NCBI GenBank assembly: GCA_963826115.1
Contig: CAWGVS010000005.1
Location: forward strand, 640,001 to 704,000
DNA: 64,000 nucleotides
Reading direction: 5' to 3'
DNA from: an uncultured Candidatus Rokubacteria bacterium
Lineage (GTDB): Bacteria > Methylomirabilota > Methylomirabilia > Rokubacteriales > DASRDR01
Position numbers and translations under genes: made by a program. Positions 13,479-22,331 of this stretch are shown piece after piece; position 1 is the stretch's first letter, and the number at the start of each line of letters is the position of its first letter. The notes below the pieces were generated by a model. The model worked only from the letters and a program-made list of their open reading frames with translations. It made no database searches and had not been told where the DNA came from.

Positions 13479-14429
13479 TCAGAGCCCGGGCCGGTCAGGT
13501 TGGCGTCCCGCCGGGCCGAGACGCCGAGCTGCCGCGAGGGCGGAGCGCAACGGGCCGGTCCACCGCCAGGACCTCGATCGGAGGACGCGCCCGAGCTCCG
13601 CCTCCAGCCGACCGCGCTCCGCGGCGACGCGCGCGTGGTGGCCGGCAAGCTCGGCGTACTGCCGGTCGCTCCGAACTGCCGTGGTGACGATCGAGCGCCA
13701 CGCGGCGGCTTCGACCGACTGGCGCGTCCGGGAGTCGAGGAGGCGCGTGTGCCACTGGCGGTTCTCCTCGGCGCGATCCTCGAGAGACATACTGCTGCGG
13801 GGCGGAGTCGCGAACTGGACCGCGGTGACTCCCATGTGGGTCCCGTAGCGGAGCCCGGGGTACCGCAGGAACTTGCGCCACATGTGAAGGTCCGACCAGA
13901 TCCCCGCTGGCGCTGGCGCCCACCCCTCGGGCAGCCGCCGGTAGGCATCGAGCCGATAGGCGCCGAACGAGAGGCCGAATCGATTGAATACCTCGGTCAA
14001 GAAGCGCTGACGCAGCTCGGGTTCTGCGAGATCGGCTGGCAGCGCCTGGACGGATCCGTCGGGATGGATCCACGTCTGGATCACGTGGCCGAAGTCGACC
14101 ACCGTCAGGAGCTTCTCCAGGCTGGCGAGATGGTCGGGGAACCACAGGTCGTCGTCCGCGATGTGCGCGACGTACTCGCCTGTCGCGCGGCCGAGTGCCA
14201 GGTGGCGATACGTCTCGCCCTGGCCCTCGCCCTTCGGGAACGCGAGCGCCGTCGTGCGCGGATCGCGCGCCGCGTACTCGCGCGCGCAGGCCACCGTCGC
14301 CTCGGGCGCCCCGTCGCAGATCACGACCAGCTCGAGGTCGGCGTGGCTCTGGGCCAGCACGGTCTCGATGGCGTACGGAAGCATCACCGGAGCGCGATGC
14401 ACCGGGAGTAGCACCGTGAAACGCGCCAC
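13479..14429 (-). CDS. glycosyltransferase family 2 with C-terminal coiled coil (cassette copy B)
   Basis: FTVLLPVHR, ELVVICDG, IADDDLW; C-terminal coiled coil ending SRSWRWTGPLR; GTG start at 14429. Confidence 0.88.
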   Translation of the reverse strand: MARFTVLLPVHRAPVMLPYAIETVLAQSHADLELVVICDGAPEATVACAREYAARDPRTTALAFPKGEGQGETYRHLALGRATGEYVAHIADDDLWFPDHLASLEKLLTVVDFGHVIQTWIHPDGSVQALPADLAEPELRQRFLTEVFNRFGLSFGAYRLDAYRRLPEGWAPAPAGIWSDLHMWRKFLRYPGLRYGTHMGVTAVQFATPPRSSMSLEDRAEENRQWHTRLLDSRTRQSVEAAAWRSIVTTAVRSDRQYAELAGHHARVAAERGRLEAELGRVLRSRSWRWTGPLRSALAAARRLGPAGRQPDRPGL

Positions 14430-14436
14430 GCGACGC

Positions 14437-15360
14437 TCAGTCCGGCAGCGCGGCGAGCCGCCGGAGCGCGGCGATGCGCTCGACCACGAGCAGACCCTCC
14501 CCCGCCGAGGACCGGGGCGGGGGCCCGCCCCGGAGGTGGTCGAGGAAGGCGTTGAGCTCGCGGAGCAGCGGCGGGTCGCCCGCCGCCGGCCGGTCCTGGG
14601 GCGTGCCGAAGCTCCCACCCGGCGCGCCTTCGGCGACCGCGATCCGGTCGTCGTAGGAGTCGGCCAGCTGCGCCGCCTTGCGGCTCCCGACGACGACGAC
14701 AGCGCGCCGGGTGACCGGATGGCTGGTCCCGATCTCGATCGTCACCTGCGGCCCACTCGGGTCGTCCCGGAGGACGGCGAGAAAGTCGGAGGCGGCCCGC
14801 CCCGGCACCGGGAGGAGCACCGCGGCGGCCGCGGGCAGGTAGCCAAGGATCTCCAGGGCGATCGCAAGGTCGTGGGGCAGCAGGATCCACAGCGCATCGA
14901 CGTCCGGGTGGGGGTGGCCCCAGCCGAGCCGGTACGAGCGGACCGCGAGGATCTCACCCAGCTCGCCCGACTTGGCCGCGGCCGCCAGGGCCTCGACCCC
15001 CGCGTGATAGCGCCACTTGTCCATGACGAAGATGCGGTCGCCGGCCGTGGCCACGAGGCGCCGAGCGGCCGCGAGGTCGTTCGTCATCGGCTTCTCGACG
15101 AACAGTGGCCGGCCGGTGGGGAGGAGCCGCTCGATCACGGTCGCGTGCGTGCTCGTGGGACTCGCGATCACGAAGCCGTCGACCGGCTCGCGGAGATCGT
15201 CGATCGTAGCGACCGCCGCGCCCGCGCCGAGGGTGACGGCCTCGCGGCGGTTCGCCGCGGACGGCGCGACGACCTGCACTTCGGCGCCCAGCGCCAGGAG
15301 GTCGCGGAGGATGAGCCGGCCCCATCGACCGCATCCGATGAGCCCGACGCGCTGCGTCAC
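14437..15360 (-). CDS. Gfo/Idh/MocA family oxidoreductase (cassette copy B)
   Basis: GLIGCGRWG Rossmann motif, IASPTSTH, FVEKPM, L.PHD; GTGA overlap with the upstream cupin stop. Confidence 0.9.
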   Translation of the reverse strand: MTQRVGLIGCGRWGRLILRDLLALGAEVQVVAPSAANRREAVTLGAGAAVATIDDLREPVDGFVIASPTSTHATVIERLLPTGRPLFVEKPMTNDLAAARRLVATAGDRIFVMDKWRYHAGVEALAAAAKSGELGEILAVRSYRLGWGHPHPDVDALWILLPHDLAIALEILGYLPAAAAVLLPVPGRAASDFLAVLRDDPSGPQVTIEIGTSHPVTRRAVVVVGSRKAAQLADSYDDRIAVAEGAPGGSFGTPQDRPAAGDPPLLRELNAFLDHLRGGPPPRSSAGEGLLVVERIAALRRLAALPD

Positions 15361-15950
15361 CGCTGGGTCCGGCCGGGGGTGGAGCCGTGCACGGCCGCCC
15401 ACTTCGCAAGGAAGGCTTCCACGAAGCCCGAGTAATCCGCCGCGGTGGCATCGCGCTCCGACAGGATCGGAGACCGCACCGGCCACCCAAGACCGATCTC
15501 CGGGGCGTTCCAGCGGCAAGCGAGCTCATCGGTGGCGTCCCAGTAGTGCGACGCGCCATGAACGAGGAGCGACGGCTCGGTGGAGTACAGGCCATGCGCC
15601 ACCCCCGCCGGGACGATCACCGCGCGGGGCGCACGGGCGTCGAGCTCGATCAGCTCCGAGGCGCCGGAGGTGGAAGACCAGGGCCGCAGGTCGTGAAGGC
15701 CGAGCAGCATGCGGCCCGCGGCCGGGATGAGGTGATCGACGCGCCGGACGTGCGCTTGGATGCCACGCAGCACGCCGGCCGTGCTCGTTATCGCGTTCCA
15801 CTGCAGGGGCCGGCAACCCAGGTCCCACGACTCGCGGAAGATCTCGACCAAGTTGCCGCGGGGATCCGGGTGGGGCGTCAAGGCATGGATCACGACGCCC
15901 TCGGGCAGCGCGCTGCCAGCCGCGCGCGCCTTGGTTCGAGCCGGCTCCAT
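15357..15950 (-). CDS. RmlC-like dTDP-sugar epimerase/isomerase cupin, copy B (HxH motif altered to QAH)
   Basis: Paralog of 11780-12346 and 22328-22921; GVLRGIQAH, VAHGLY, RWNAPEIGLGWP..PILSERD. Confidence 0.85.
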   Translation of the reverse strand: MEPARTKARAAGSALPEGVVIHALTPHPDPRGNLVEIFRESWDLGCRPLQWNAITSTAGVLRGIQAHVRRVDHLIPAAGRMLLGLHDLRPWSSTSGASELIELDARAPRAVIVPAGVAHGLYSTEPSLLVHGASHYWDATDELACRWNAPEIGLGWPVRSPILSERDATAADYSGFVEAFLAKWAAVHGSTPGRTQR

Positions 15951-16134
15951 CGTCTGCCTTCCTGCCGCCGCGGAACGCGGCCGCGGCCAGCCGTACAAGC
16001 CTAGCATCCCGGCTCCCCGGGGGCAGAGATACGGGTGACGTCAGGCTGCCGTGCGAGGGTGACTAGAACCGCGAACGGGTGCGCGCCGCTTCCGCCATTG
16101 CGCGGTTCGGCCGCGCAGAATAACCTGGCATCCC

Positions 16135-16941
16135 ATGCGTGTCGTAGCGGTCCTCGCGGTGCGCAACGAGCAGCGGTTCATCGCGGCGTGCCTCGAAAAC
16201 CTCCGTCAGCAAGGGATCGAGACCTACCTCTGTGACAACGACTCGTCTGACCGCACGCTCGAGATCGCCGAGCGGTACTGGGGACGTGGCCTCGTTGGCA
16301 TGGAGCGGATCCCCTATGATGGCGTGTACCGGTGGGAGCGAATCCTCGAGCGCAAGGAAAGGATCTTCCAGGTTCTCGACGCAGACTGGGTGATGCATGC
16401 GGATGCGGACGAGATCTACCTGCCGCCTCGCTGGTGCCGTACGCTCGTGGATGCCCTGTCGGACGCCGACGCGCGCGGCTACGACACCGTGGACTTCTCG
16501 GAGTTCACGTTCGTGCCGACGTAGGAGGCGCCTGACCACGACCACGCCGACTTCCAGCGAACGATGCGATGGTACTATCCCCTGCGACCCCGGTCGCCGC
16601 ACAAGGTGCGCGCATTCAAGAAGCGCGGCGGGCCCATCGAGATCGCGTGGTCCGGCGGTCACGAGGTTCGGTTCGCCACGCCCTCCAGGTTGTGCCCTCA
16701 GCCCAGTCGGATGCGACACTACCTGTTCCTCAGCGTGGAGCACGCCGTGCGTAAGTATGCGACCCGGCGGTACGACCTCGCGGAGGTGGAGATCGGTTGG
16801 CATGCATGGCGAGCCCACCTGCGGCCCGAGCACGTGCGCCTGCCCGGCTCACGAGAGCTCCGCGTCACAGTCTCGGACGACGACCTGGACCCCTCTGATC
16901 CCTGGACCCAGAACTGGCTGGGCCGCTGCGTGCCGCGCTGA
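16135..16941 (+). pseudogene. glycosyltransferase family 2 (Glyco_tranf_2_4-like) interrupted by an in-frame TAG
   Basis: VRNE, DNDSSDRT, WVMHADADE; ORFs 16135-16524 and 16564-16941 are in the same frame, separated only by TAG at 16522-16524. Confidence 0.8.
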
Positions 16942-17131
16942 GGGGCACGGCGCTGAACAGCGACACGATCCCGCGGTTCGGGTGGGGCTAGATCGCCATC
17001 CCTGGTCCGGGAGGGTCAGCCCTGTCGCAGTAAAGGCGAGGGATGAGCGCCGGGCGTAGAGACGAGCAAGAGCCCCCCTTCGGCGTCGCGCCACGGGTGC
17101 TTTCATGCCTCCGTCGGATTCTCGGTCAGCG

Positions 17132-18052
17132 ATGGTGAAGCTGTCCGTCGTGATCCTCAACTGGAACGCGGCCGACGACACTGTGGCATGTCTCCGTTCG
17201 GTCGAGGCCTGGGACGCGAAGGGCATCGTTGATCGGCCAACGATTTGGGTGGTGGACAACGCCTCGCGGCCACCCGGAATCGAGCCGATCCGCCGGGAGT
17301 TCCCGGACGTCCGCATCCTGGAGAGCCCGACCAATCGAGGCTTCGGCGGCGGCAACAACCTGGGGATCGAAGCGGCCCTCCGCCACGGGGCGGACGCAGT
17401 GCTCCTGCTGAACAACGATGCGTTCGTTGACGCCGAGAGCGTCGCGGCGATAGTGGCAACCCTCTCGGCCGATGCCGCGATCGGAGTCGTCGGCCCGACC
17501 GTCTGGCACCGAGGCGAGTGCGTCTCGGCGGGAGGACGGGATATTGCGCGATATTCGGTGACGCACCTCAGGCCGCGAGTGCTGCCGACGAGTCGCGTGG
17601 ACGTAGACTACGTGCCCGGCACGGTGGCGCTCCTCCGGCGGCAGGTGTTCGAGCGCGCCGGTCTGTTCGACGAGGAGTACTTCTTCGGCGGCGAGATGGC
17701 CGATCTGTGCCACCGAGCCCGGCTGCATGGGCTCCGGTCAGTTATCGACCCTCGCGGGCGGGCCCGCCACGACCTGGATCGCTCCCTGGGCCTTCGCGAG
17801 ACCCTGCATGCCTACTACGTCGTTCGCAATCGATTCCTTTACGTGCGGAAGCACCATGCTCGACGAGCGACTTGGCTCTACGGCAGATGGATCCTGCGAG
17901 GTGCCGTGGCCATCCTGGCCGCCCTCTGCCGAGGCAAGTCGACGCGGGCCTGGGCCATTTCCCTGGGCGTTCTGGATGGCATGCGGGGGCGATTCGGCGG
18001 GCGGAATGAGCGGGTCCTTGGGAGCAACGCCCATCCCGTTCGGCCCCGATGA
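17132..18052 (+). CDS. glycosyltransferase family 2 (rhamnosyltransferase-like)
   Basis: VVILNWN, VVDNAS, NRGFGGGNNLG, LLNND, GLFDEEYFF, YYVVRNR. Confidence 0.92.
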   Translation: MVKLSVVILNWNAADDTVACLRSVEAWDAKGIVDRPTIWVVDNASRPPGIEPIRREFPDVRILESPTNRGFGGGNNLGIEAALRHGADAVLLLNNDAFVDAESVAAIVATLSADAAIGVVGPTVWHRGECVSAGGRDIARYSVTHLRPRVLPTSRVDVDYVPGTVALLRRQVFERAGLFDEEYFFGGEMADLCHRARLHGLRSVIDPRGRARHDLDRSLGLRETLHAYYVVRNRFLYVRKHHARRATWLYGRWILRGAVAILAALCRGKSTRAWAISLGVLDGMRGRFGGRNERVLGSNAHPVRPR

Positions 18053-18180
18053 TCGCAGCGAAGCCGACCGGTCGAGAGCCCGCCGGTTTCAGGCCTGGGG
18101 AGTCCCGCGCTTCCGCGGGGCCGCGGGGAGGTGAGGCGCTGCCGCGAGGCCTGCGGGTAGGCGATCCGCCTAGAGGGCCG

Positions 18181-18344
18181 ATGGCGGAGAGATACGACTA
18201 CGAGATCGACCTGAGCCGGGACGACAGCCACTCGCGGACGATCGGGCTGGTCGGGCACGGGTAGAAGGTGCTCGAGGTCGGGTGCGCAAACCGGGTACGT
18301 GTCGGCGTTCCTGACGCAGTGACGCGGGTGGGTTGTCACTGTGG
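18181..18344 (+). pseudogene. N-terminal remnant of a class I SAM-dependent methyltransferase
   Basis: MAERYDYEIDLSRDDSHSRTIGLVGHG*KVLEVGCA, then a +1 shift to TGYVSAFLTQ*RGWVVT: SAM motif I with two stops and a frameshift, truncated at the radical SAM stop. Confidence 0.7.
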
Positions 18345-18345
18345 C
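18337..18345. repeat. 9-bp direct repeat CACTGTGGC (second copy at 19885-19893) bracketing the radical SAM gene
   Basis: Identical 9-mers directly at both ends of the gene. Confidence 0.6.
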
Positions 18346-19874
18346 TAGGGGTCTTGATGCGCAACACGCAACTGCGCGTCGTAGTGTGCCCAGTAGGCGG
18401 CAGCCCCTGGTTCTCCGGCTGTGAAGTTGTCGAGGTAAGAGTCGGAGAGGACATGCTCCGAGTCCAGCGAGCGAAAATTACGCCGGACACTCTCGAGATG
18501 GTAGGGGCCTTTTGGTCCCTGCGTGCACGTGGCGCAGTAAGGGACCTCGTCAGGACTCCGCCCACCACTCTGGGATTCAAACTGCGCGCGGTTCGTGAAT
18601 GCCGTCCGGGCGAGGAGGGCCATCGGTGAGTTCACCAGATCGATTCTCGGACCATCGGCGTTGATGCGGCCGAAGACCAGGCCCCGGAACGCTTCCGACG
18701 GCGCCATGCAACAGGGCAAGACGCGTCCCGCGCCGTCGAGGGTGATGGCGTCGTACAGATACGGGCACGAATACCCCGTGGGGTGCTCCGGTTCGTCAAG
18801 GCCTCCGGCGTCCCGGAACCGCTGGATCCAGCTCGCGCCGAACGCCGCCGACACGTGAGGTACGACTCGGGTCTTCATCTCCTCGGAACACCACTTCGTT
18901 GGCGCGACTCTCCCCGCTGTGTGCTGACGAAAATCGTGCGAGCCCCTGAGCGGTGACCGGACTGCCTTGATCGTCGGATCGTCCCACGTCACCTCGAATG
19001 GCGTGAAGACGGAAAGGCAATCGACGTCCAGGAGGCGGGCCAGCTGCATGGCCTCCTCCACCTGATGAGCGTTGTGCTCGAAGGTGAGGAACTGCCAGCA
19101 CAGGTAGGGGGTTTGGGAGCCGGCGCGCTTCTTGGCGGCGACGAGTTTGCGAACATTGTCGAGCACTAGGTCCAGTTTGCCGCGACGGCGGTACCGCCCA
19201 TAGACGTCCTGAGTCGTCCCGTCGATCGAGATGATCAGCCAATCGAGCCCCGAACCGACGATCGCGTCCGCGTCGATGGGCAGCGACAGGTTCGTCGAAG
19301 CCATGGTGTACATGAGGTAGGACTTTGCCAGCCGCACGAGGGTGGGGAAGTGCGGACTGAGAAGAGGCTCACCGTAGTTGTAGAGCATGCCAAACGACGC
19401 GAAGGGACCGAGTCCCGACAGGAAAGCCTCGTATTGATCGACTTTGAGCGTCTTGTTGGGCCAGTGAAAGCTCGACTTGTAAGCGGGATTAGCGGTGTGG
19501 ACACAGCCGGGACACGCAAGCTGGCAGGCGTTCGCCGGATCGACGAACAGGTGATACGGCCGCGAGACGAGAAGACTTCGGCGACGTTCGTATTCGTAGC
19601 GCCGCACCACGAGATTGGACGCCTTGAGCGCCACGAGCTGACAGTACGCCTCATCGTCATACGTGCGCAGGAGCTTCCCGTATACCTCGTCCTGCCAACG
19701 ATCGACGAGCCGCAGGAAGTCGACTGCGGTGATCCCGGATCGCGGACGGACGCCGTCTTGGAGGCGTCCCAGCATCGTGGAATGGGATCCGGCGAGCCGG
19801 CGGAGCAAGGACCCGGCGACTGCGGAGAAGTCACGCCATGTCGACAACGGCCGTCCCTCTCTTGCGGCGATCAC
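18345..19874 (-). CDS. radical SAM protein with SPASM/twitch domain
   Basis: CQLACPGC (CxxxCxxC), YNYGEPLL, STN, ISIDG, CPYLY...GRVLPCC and CATC auxiliary-cluster cysteines; start uncertain. Confidence 0.92.
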   Translation of the reverse strand: MIAAREGRPLSTWRDFSAVAGSLLRRLAGSHSTMLGRLQDGVRPRSGITAVDFLRLVDRWQDEVYGKLLRTYDDEAYCQLVALKASNLVVRRYEYERRRSLLVSRPYHLFVDPANACQLACPGCVHTANPAYKSSFHWPNKTLKVDQYEAFLSGLGPFASFGMLYNYGEPLLSPHFPTLVRLAKSYLMYTMASTNLSLPIDADAIVGSGLDWLIISIDGTTQDVYGRYRRRGKLDLVLDNVRKLVAAKKRAGSQTPYLCWQFLTFEHNAHQVEEAMQLARLLDVDCLSVFTPFEVTWDDPTIKAVRSPLRGSHDFRQHTAGRVAPTKWCSEEMKTRVVPHVSAAFGASWIQRFRDAGGLDEPEHPTGYSCPYLYDAITLDGAGRVLPCCMAPSEAFRGLVFGRINADGPRIDLVNSPMALLARTAFTNRAQFESQSGGRSPDEVPYCATCTQGPKGPYHLESVRRNFRSLDSEHVLSDSYLDNFTAGEPGAAAYWAHYDAQLRVAHQDP

Positions 19875-19884
19875 AAGTACCTAA

Positions 19885-20365
19885 CACTGTGGCGACAGAT
19901 GAAGCAAGGATAGCCTACTTGTTCCGGGGCGCGAAGATCGGTCGATGTCTGCCGGCGCGCCTCGGCTGGCAACCCTGGATGGTGGATGCCGAGCATCAGG
20001 CAGTTAGAACAGTGGGGGTCCTCTGGGGCTGGTGCAGTCTGCCCCGTCTCATGGGTGGTCCGTCTCGCCCAGGTTGACTTGTGTAGGTGGTCGCAATGGA
20101 GTGCCCGAGCACCCGCAGCCATCAGGGTAGCCATGCACTCTCCCGCGATTGGGACTCGAAATCAGTGGGGCGGCCCGAGCACAGGTTCCGGCAGGGCAGC
20201 GCAAAGCTGGACGCCAGGGTGTCAGGGGCCAGATGGAGGTGCCGGATCGGTTCTTCGACGAGCCGTGAGCGGGCGCCCATGCCGAGGTGGCGGGTCGAGC
20301 CAGACGAATTGCGCACGAGCAGTTACAGCCGCGAGAACTCCAATGACGACCTTGGCTTGTTCAGG
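19885..20365 (+). mobile_element. structured non-coding element, possible orphan IS110-family non-coding end (transposase absent)
   Basis: No credible ORF, several stem-loops, internal repeat GCCCGAGCAC (20103, 20173), sharp junctions at both ends; family assignment is pattern-based inference only. Confidence 0.35.
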
Positions 20366-20410
20366 CTACTACGTGGTGCGCAACCGGTTCCCGTACGTGC
20401 GGAAGCACCA
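20366..20410 (+). pseudogene. 45-bp fragment of a GT2 paralog (YYVVRNRFPYVRKH)
   Basis: Matches 17812-17856 (YYVVRNRFLYVRKH) with mostly synonymous differences. Confidence 0.65.
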
Positions 20411-20431
20411 GATGCCCGGCGCCGCTCGGTG

Positions 20432-21400
20432 TCAGGGCCGGCCTCTTCGACGATGGGCCAGCGCGAGGCGGCGCGCCACGCTGAGGCCCGCTCGCAGCGG
20501 CGCGGTGAGCCTCCACGACGTTGACCGCAGGACGGCACCGAGGGTGGCCTCCAGCCGTCGGTAGGCGGCCAGCGTGCGGTTGAGGTCGTCCAGAGCACTG
20601 GCGTGGCTCTCGGCCAGCCTGAGGTACTCGCGCTCGATTCGCCACGCCCGCCCGCCGATCGAGCGCCAGGCCATCTGAACGATCCTATCCCGCTCGCGCG
20701 GCTCGCGCAGGCGCGCCTGCCAGCCCCGATTCTCGCAGGCGCGTGCCTCGAGCGACATGTGCCCGCGCTGCTTGCTTGGAAAGTGGAGCGCGCTGACGGC
20801 CATGCGAGTTCCGCACCGGAGCCCGGGGTAGCGGAGGAACTTCCGCCACATGTGCAGATCGGTCTGGACCGAGAGCGGCGCCGGCGTCCATCCCTCGGGG
20901 AGTCTCCCGTAGGCATCGAGCCGATAGCCGGCAAACGTGGGGCCGAACCGGTTGAGAGTGTTGTCCCGCAAGATCTGCTCCCGGAGAGTGGGATCGTCGA
21001 GATTGGGCGGGAGCGCTTCCACGTGGCCATCGGCCCTGATCTGCGTATGGAGCACGTGCCCGAAGTCCACCTCTGACAGAAGCGCGGCGAGCTCGGCGAG
21101 ATGCTCCGGGAACCAGAGGTCATCGTCGGCGATCTGAGCCACGTATTCCCCGCCCGCCCGCTCCAGGGCTCGATGGCGATGGGCCTCGCCATGCCGCTCA
21201 CCCTTCGGAAACGCGAGGACTATCACGCGCCGATCGCGTCCCGCGTATTCCCGGGCGCAGTCGACCGTCGCGTCCGGCGCGCCGTCGCAGATCACGAAGA
21301 GCTCGAGATCGGCCACGGTCTGGGCGAGGACCGTCTCGATCGCGAAGGGGAGCATCGCGGGTGGCCGATGGACCGGCAGCAGCACGCTGAAGCGGGTCAT
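20432..21400 (-). CDS. glycosyltransferase family 2 with C-terminal coiled coil (cassette copy C)
   Basis: Paralog of 13479-14429: FSVLLPVHR, ICDG, IADDDLW, DLHMWRKFLRYPGLR, STSWRLTAPLR. Confidence 0.9.
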   Translation of the reverse strand: MTRFSVLLPVHRPPAMLPFAIETVLAQTVADLELFVICDGAPDATVDCAREYAGRDRRVIVLAFPKGERHGEAHRHRALERAGGEYVAQIADDDLWFPEHLAELAALLSEVDFGHVLHTQIRADGHVEALPPNLDDPTLREQILRDNTLNRFGPTFAGYRLDAYGRLPEGWTPAPLSVQTDLHMWRKFLRYPGLRCGTRMAVSALHFPSKQRGHMSLEARACENRGWQARLREPRERDRIVQMAWRSIGGRAWRIEREYLRLAESHASALDDLNRTLAAYRRLEATLGAVLRSTSWRLTAPLRAGLSVARRLALAHRRRGRP

Positions 21401-21407
21401 TCGGCGC

Positions 21408-22331
21408 TCAGCCGGGCAGCCCGGCGAGCCCCCGGAGGGCGGCGATCCGCTCGACGATGATGAGGCCGTCGGTCGCCGAGGAGCGGGGAGGCGGTTCGCC
21501 GCGCAGATGGTCGAGAAACGTCTCGAGCTCGAGCTTCAGCGGGAGCTCGTCCCCGACGCGCCGGTCAGCCGGGGGCCCGAGCGGCTCCTCCGGCGTGCCC
21601 TCGGCGATTACGAGGCGCTGGTCGTAGGAATCGGCGAGCTGCATCGCGTTTCGGCTCCCGACGACGACCACCGCCCGGCGAGTGACCGGGTGACTCGTCG
21701 CGATGTCGATCGTGCCCCGGGGCCCGTCCGGCCGGTCTCTCAGGATGGCGATGAAGTCGGAATCCGCGCGGCCCGGAACCGGCGCGAGCGCACCCGCGAC
21801 GGCGGGGAGATGGCCGAGAATCTCGAGGGCGCCCGCCAGGTCGTGCGGCAACAGGTTCCACATGGCATCCACATCCGGACGCGGGTGGCCCCAGCCGAGC
21901 CGGTACGAGCGGACGGCCAGGATCTCGCCGAGCTCACCGGCCTTGGCGGCGGTCGCCAGCGCCTCGACCCAGGGGTGGTAGCGCCACTTGTCCATGACGA
22001 AGAGCCGATTCCCAGCAGCGGCCGTCAGCCGACGGGCCGCTCGGAGATCGTCCGTCAGCGGTTTTTCCACGAACACCGGCCGATCGAAGGGGAGGAGCCT
22101 CGTCAATCACGGCCGCGTGCGTACCCGTGGCGTCGCCACGCCGAACCCGTCTACGACGGCATCGAGGTCATCGATCGACGGGACGGCCCGGACGGCACCC
22201 TGGGCGAGGGCGCCCGACCGGTTCGCGGCCGATGGTGTCATGACGTGCACTGCGGTTCCGAGCGCCACGAGGTCACGGCGGATGAGCCGTCCCCATCGGC
22301 CACAGCCGACGAGTCCGATCCCCAACGTCAC
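21408..22331 (-). pseudogene. Gfo/Idh/MocA oxidoreductase (cassette copy C), disrupted by two compensating indels that create a TGA at 22107-22109
   Basis: GLVGCGRWG start, FVEKPL, MDKWRYH; the expected PTGTHAAVI segment lies in another frame around 22105-22135; may be an assembly error. Confidence 0.75.

Noticed and set aside
16522-16524. Amber recoding (pyrrolysine or alternative genetic code) as explanation for in-frame TAGs at 16522 and 18262
   Set aside because: TAG is the normal stop of ribD, ribBA, nusB, lnt and prfB here; no pyl genes in the window
20260-20326. Group II intron domain V-like text GAGCCGTGAGCG...CGCACGAGCAGTT
   Set aside because: The two arms do not pair as domain V requires, the spacing is wrong, and there is no RT ORF or GUGYG 5' end
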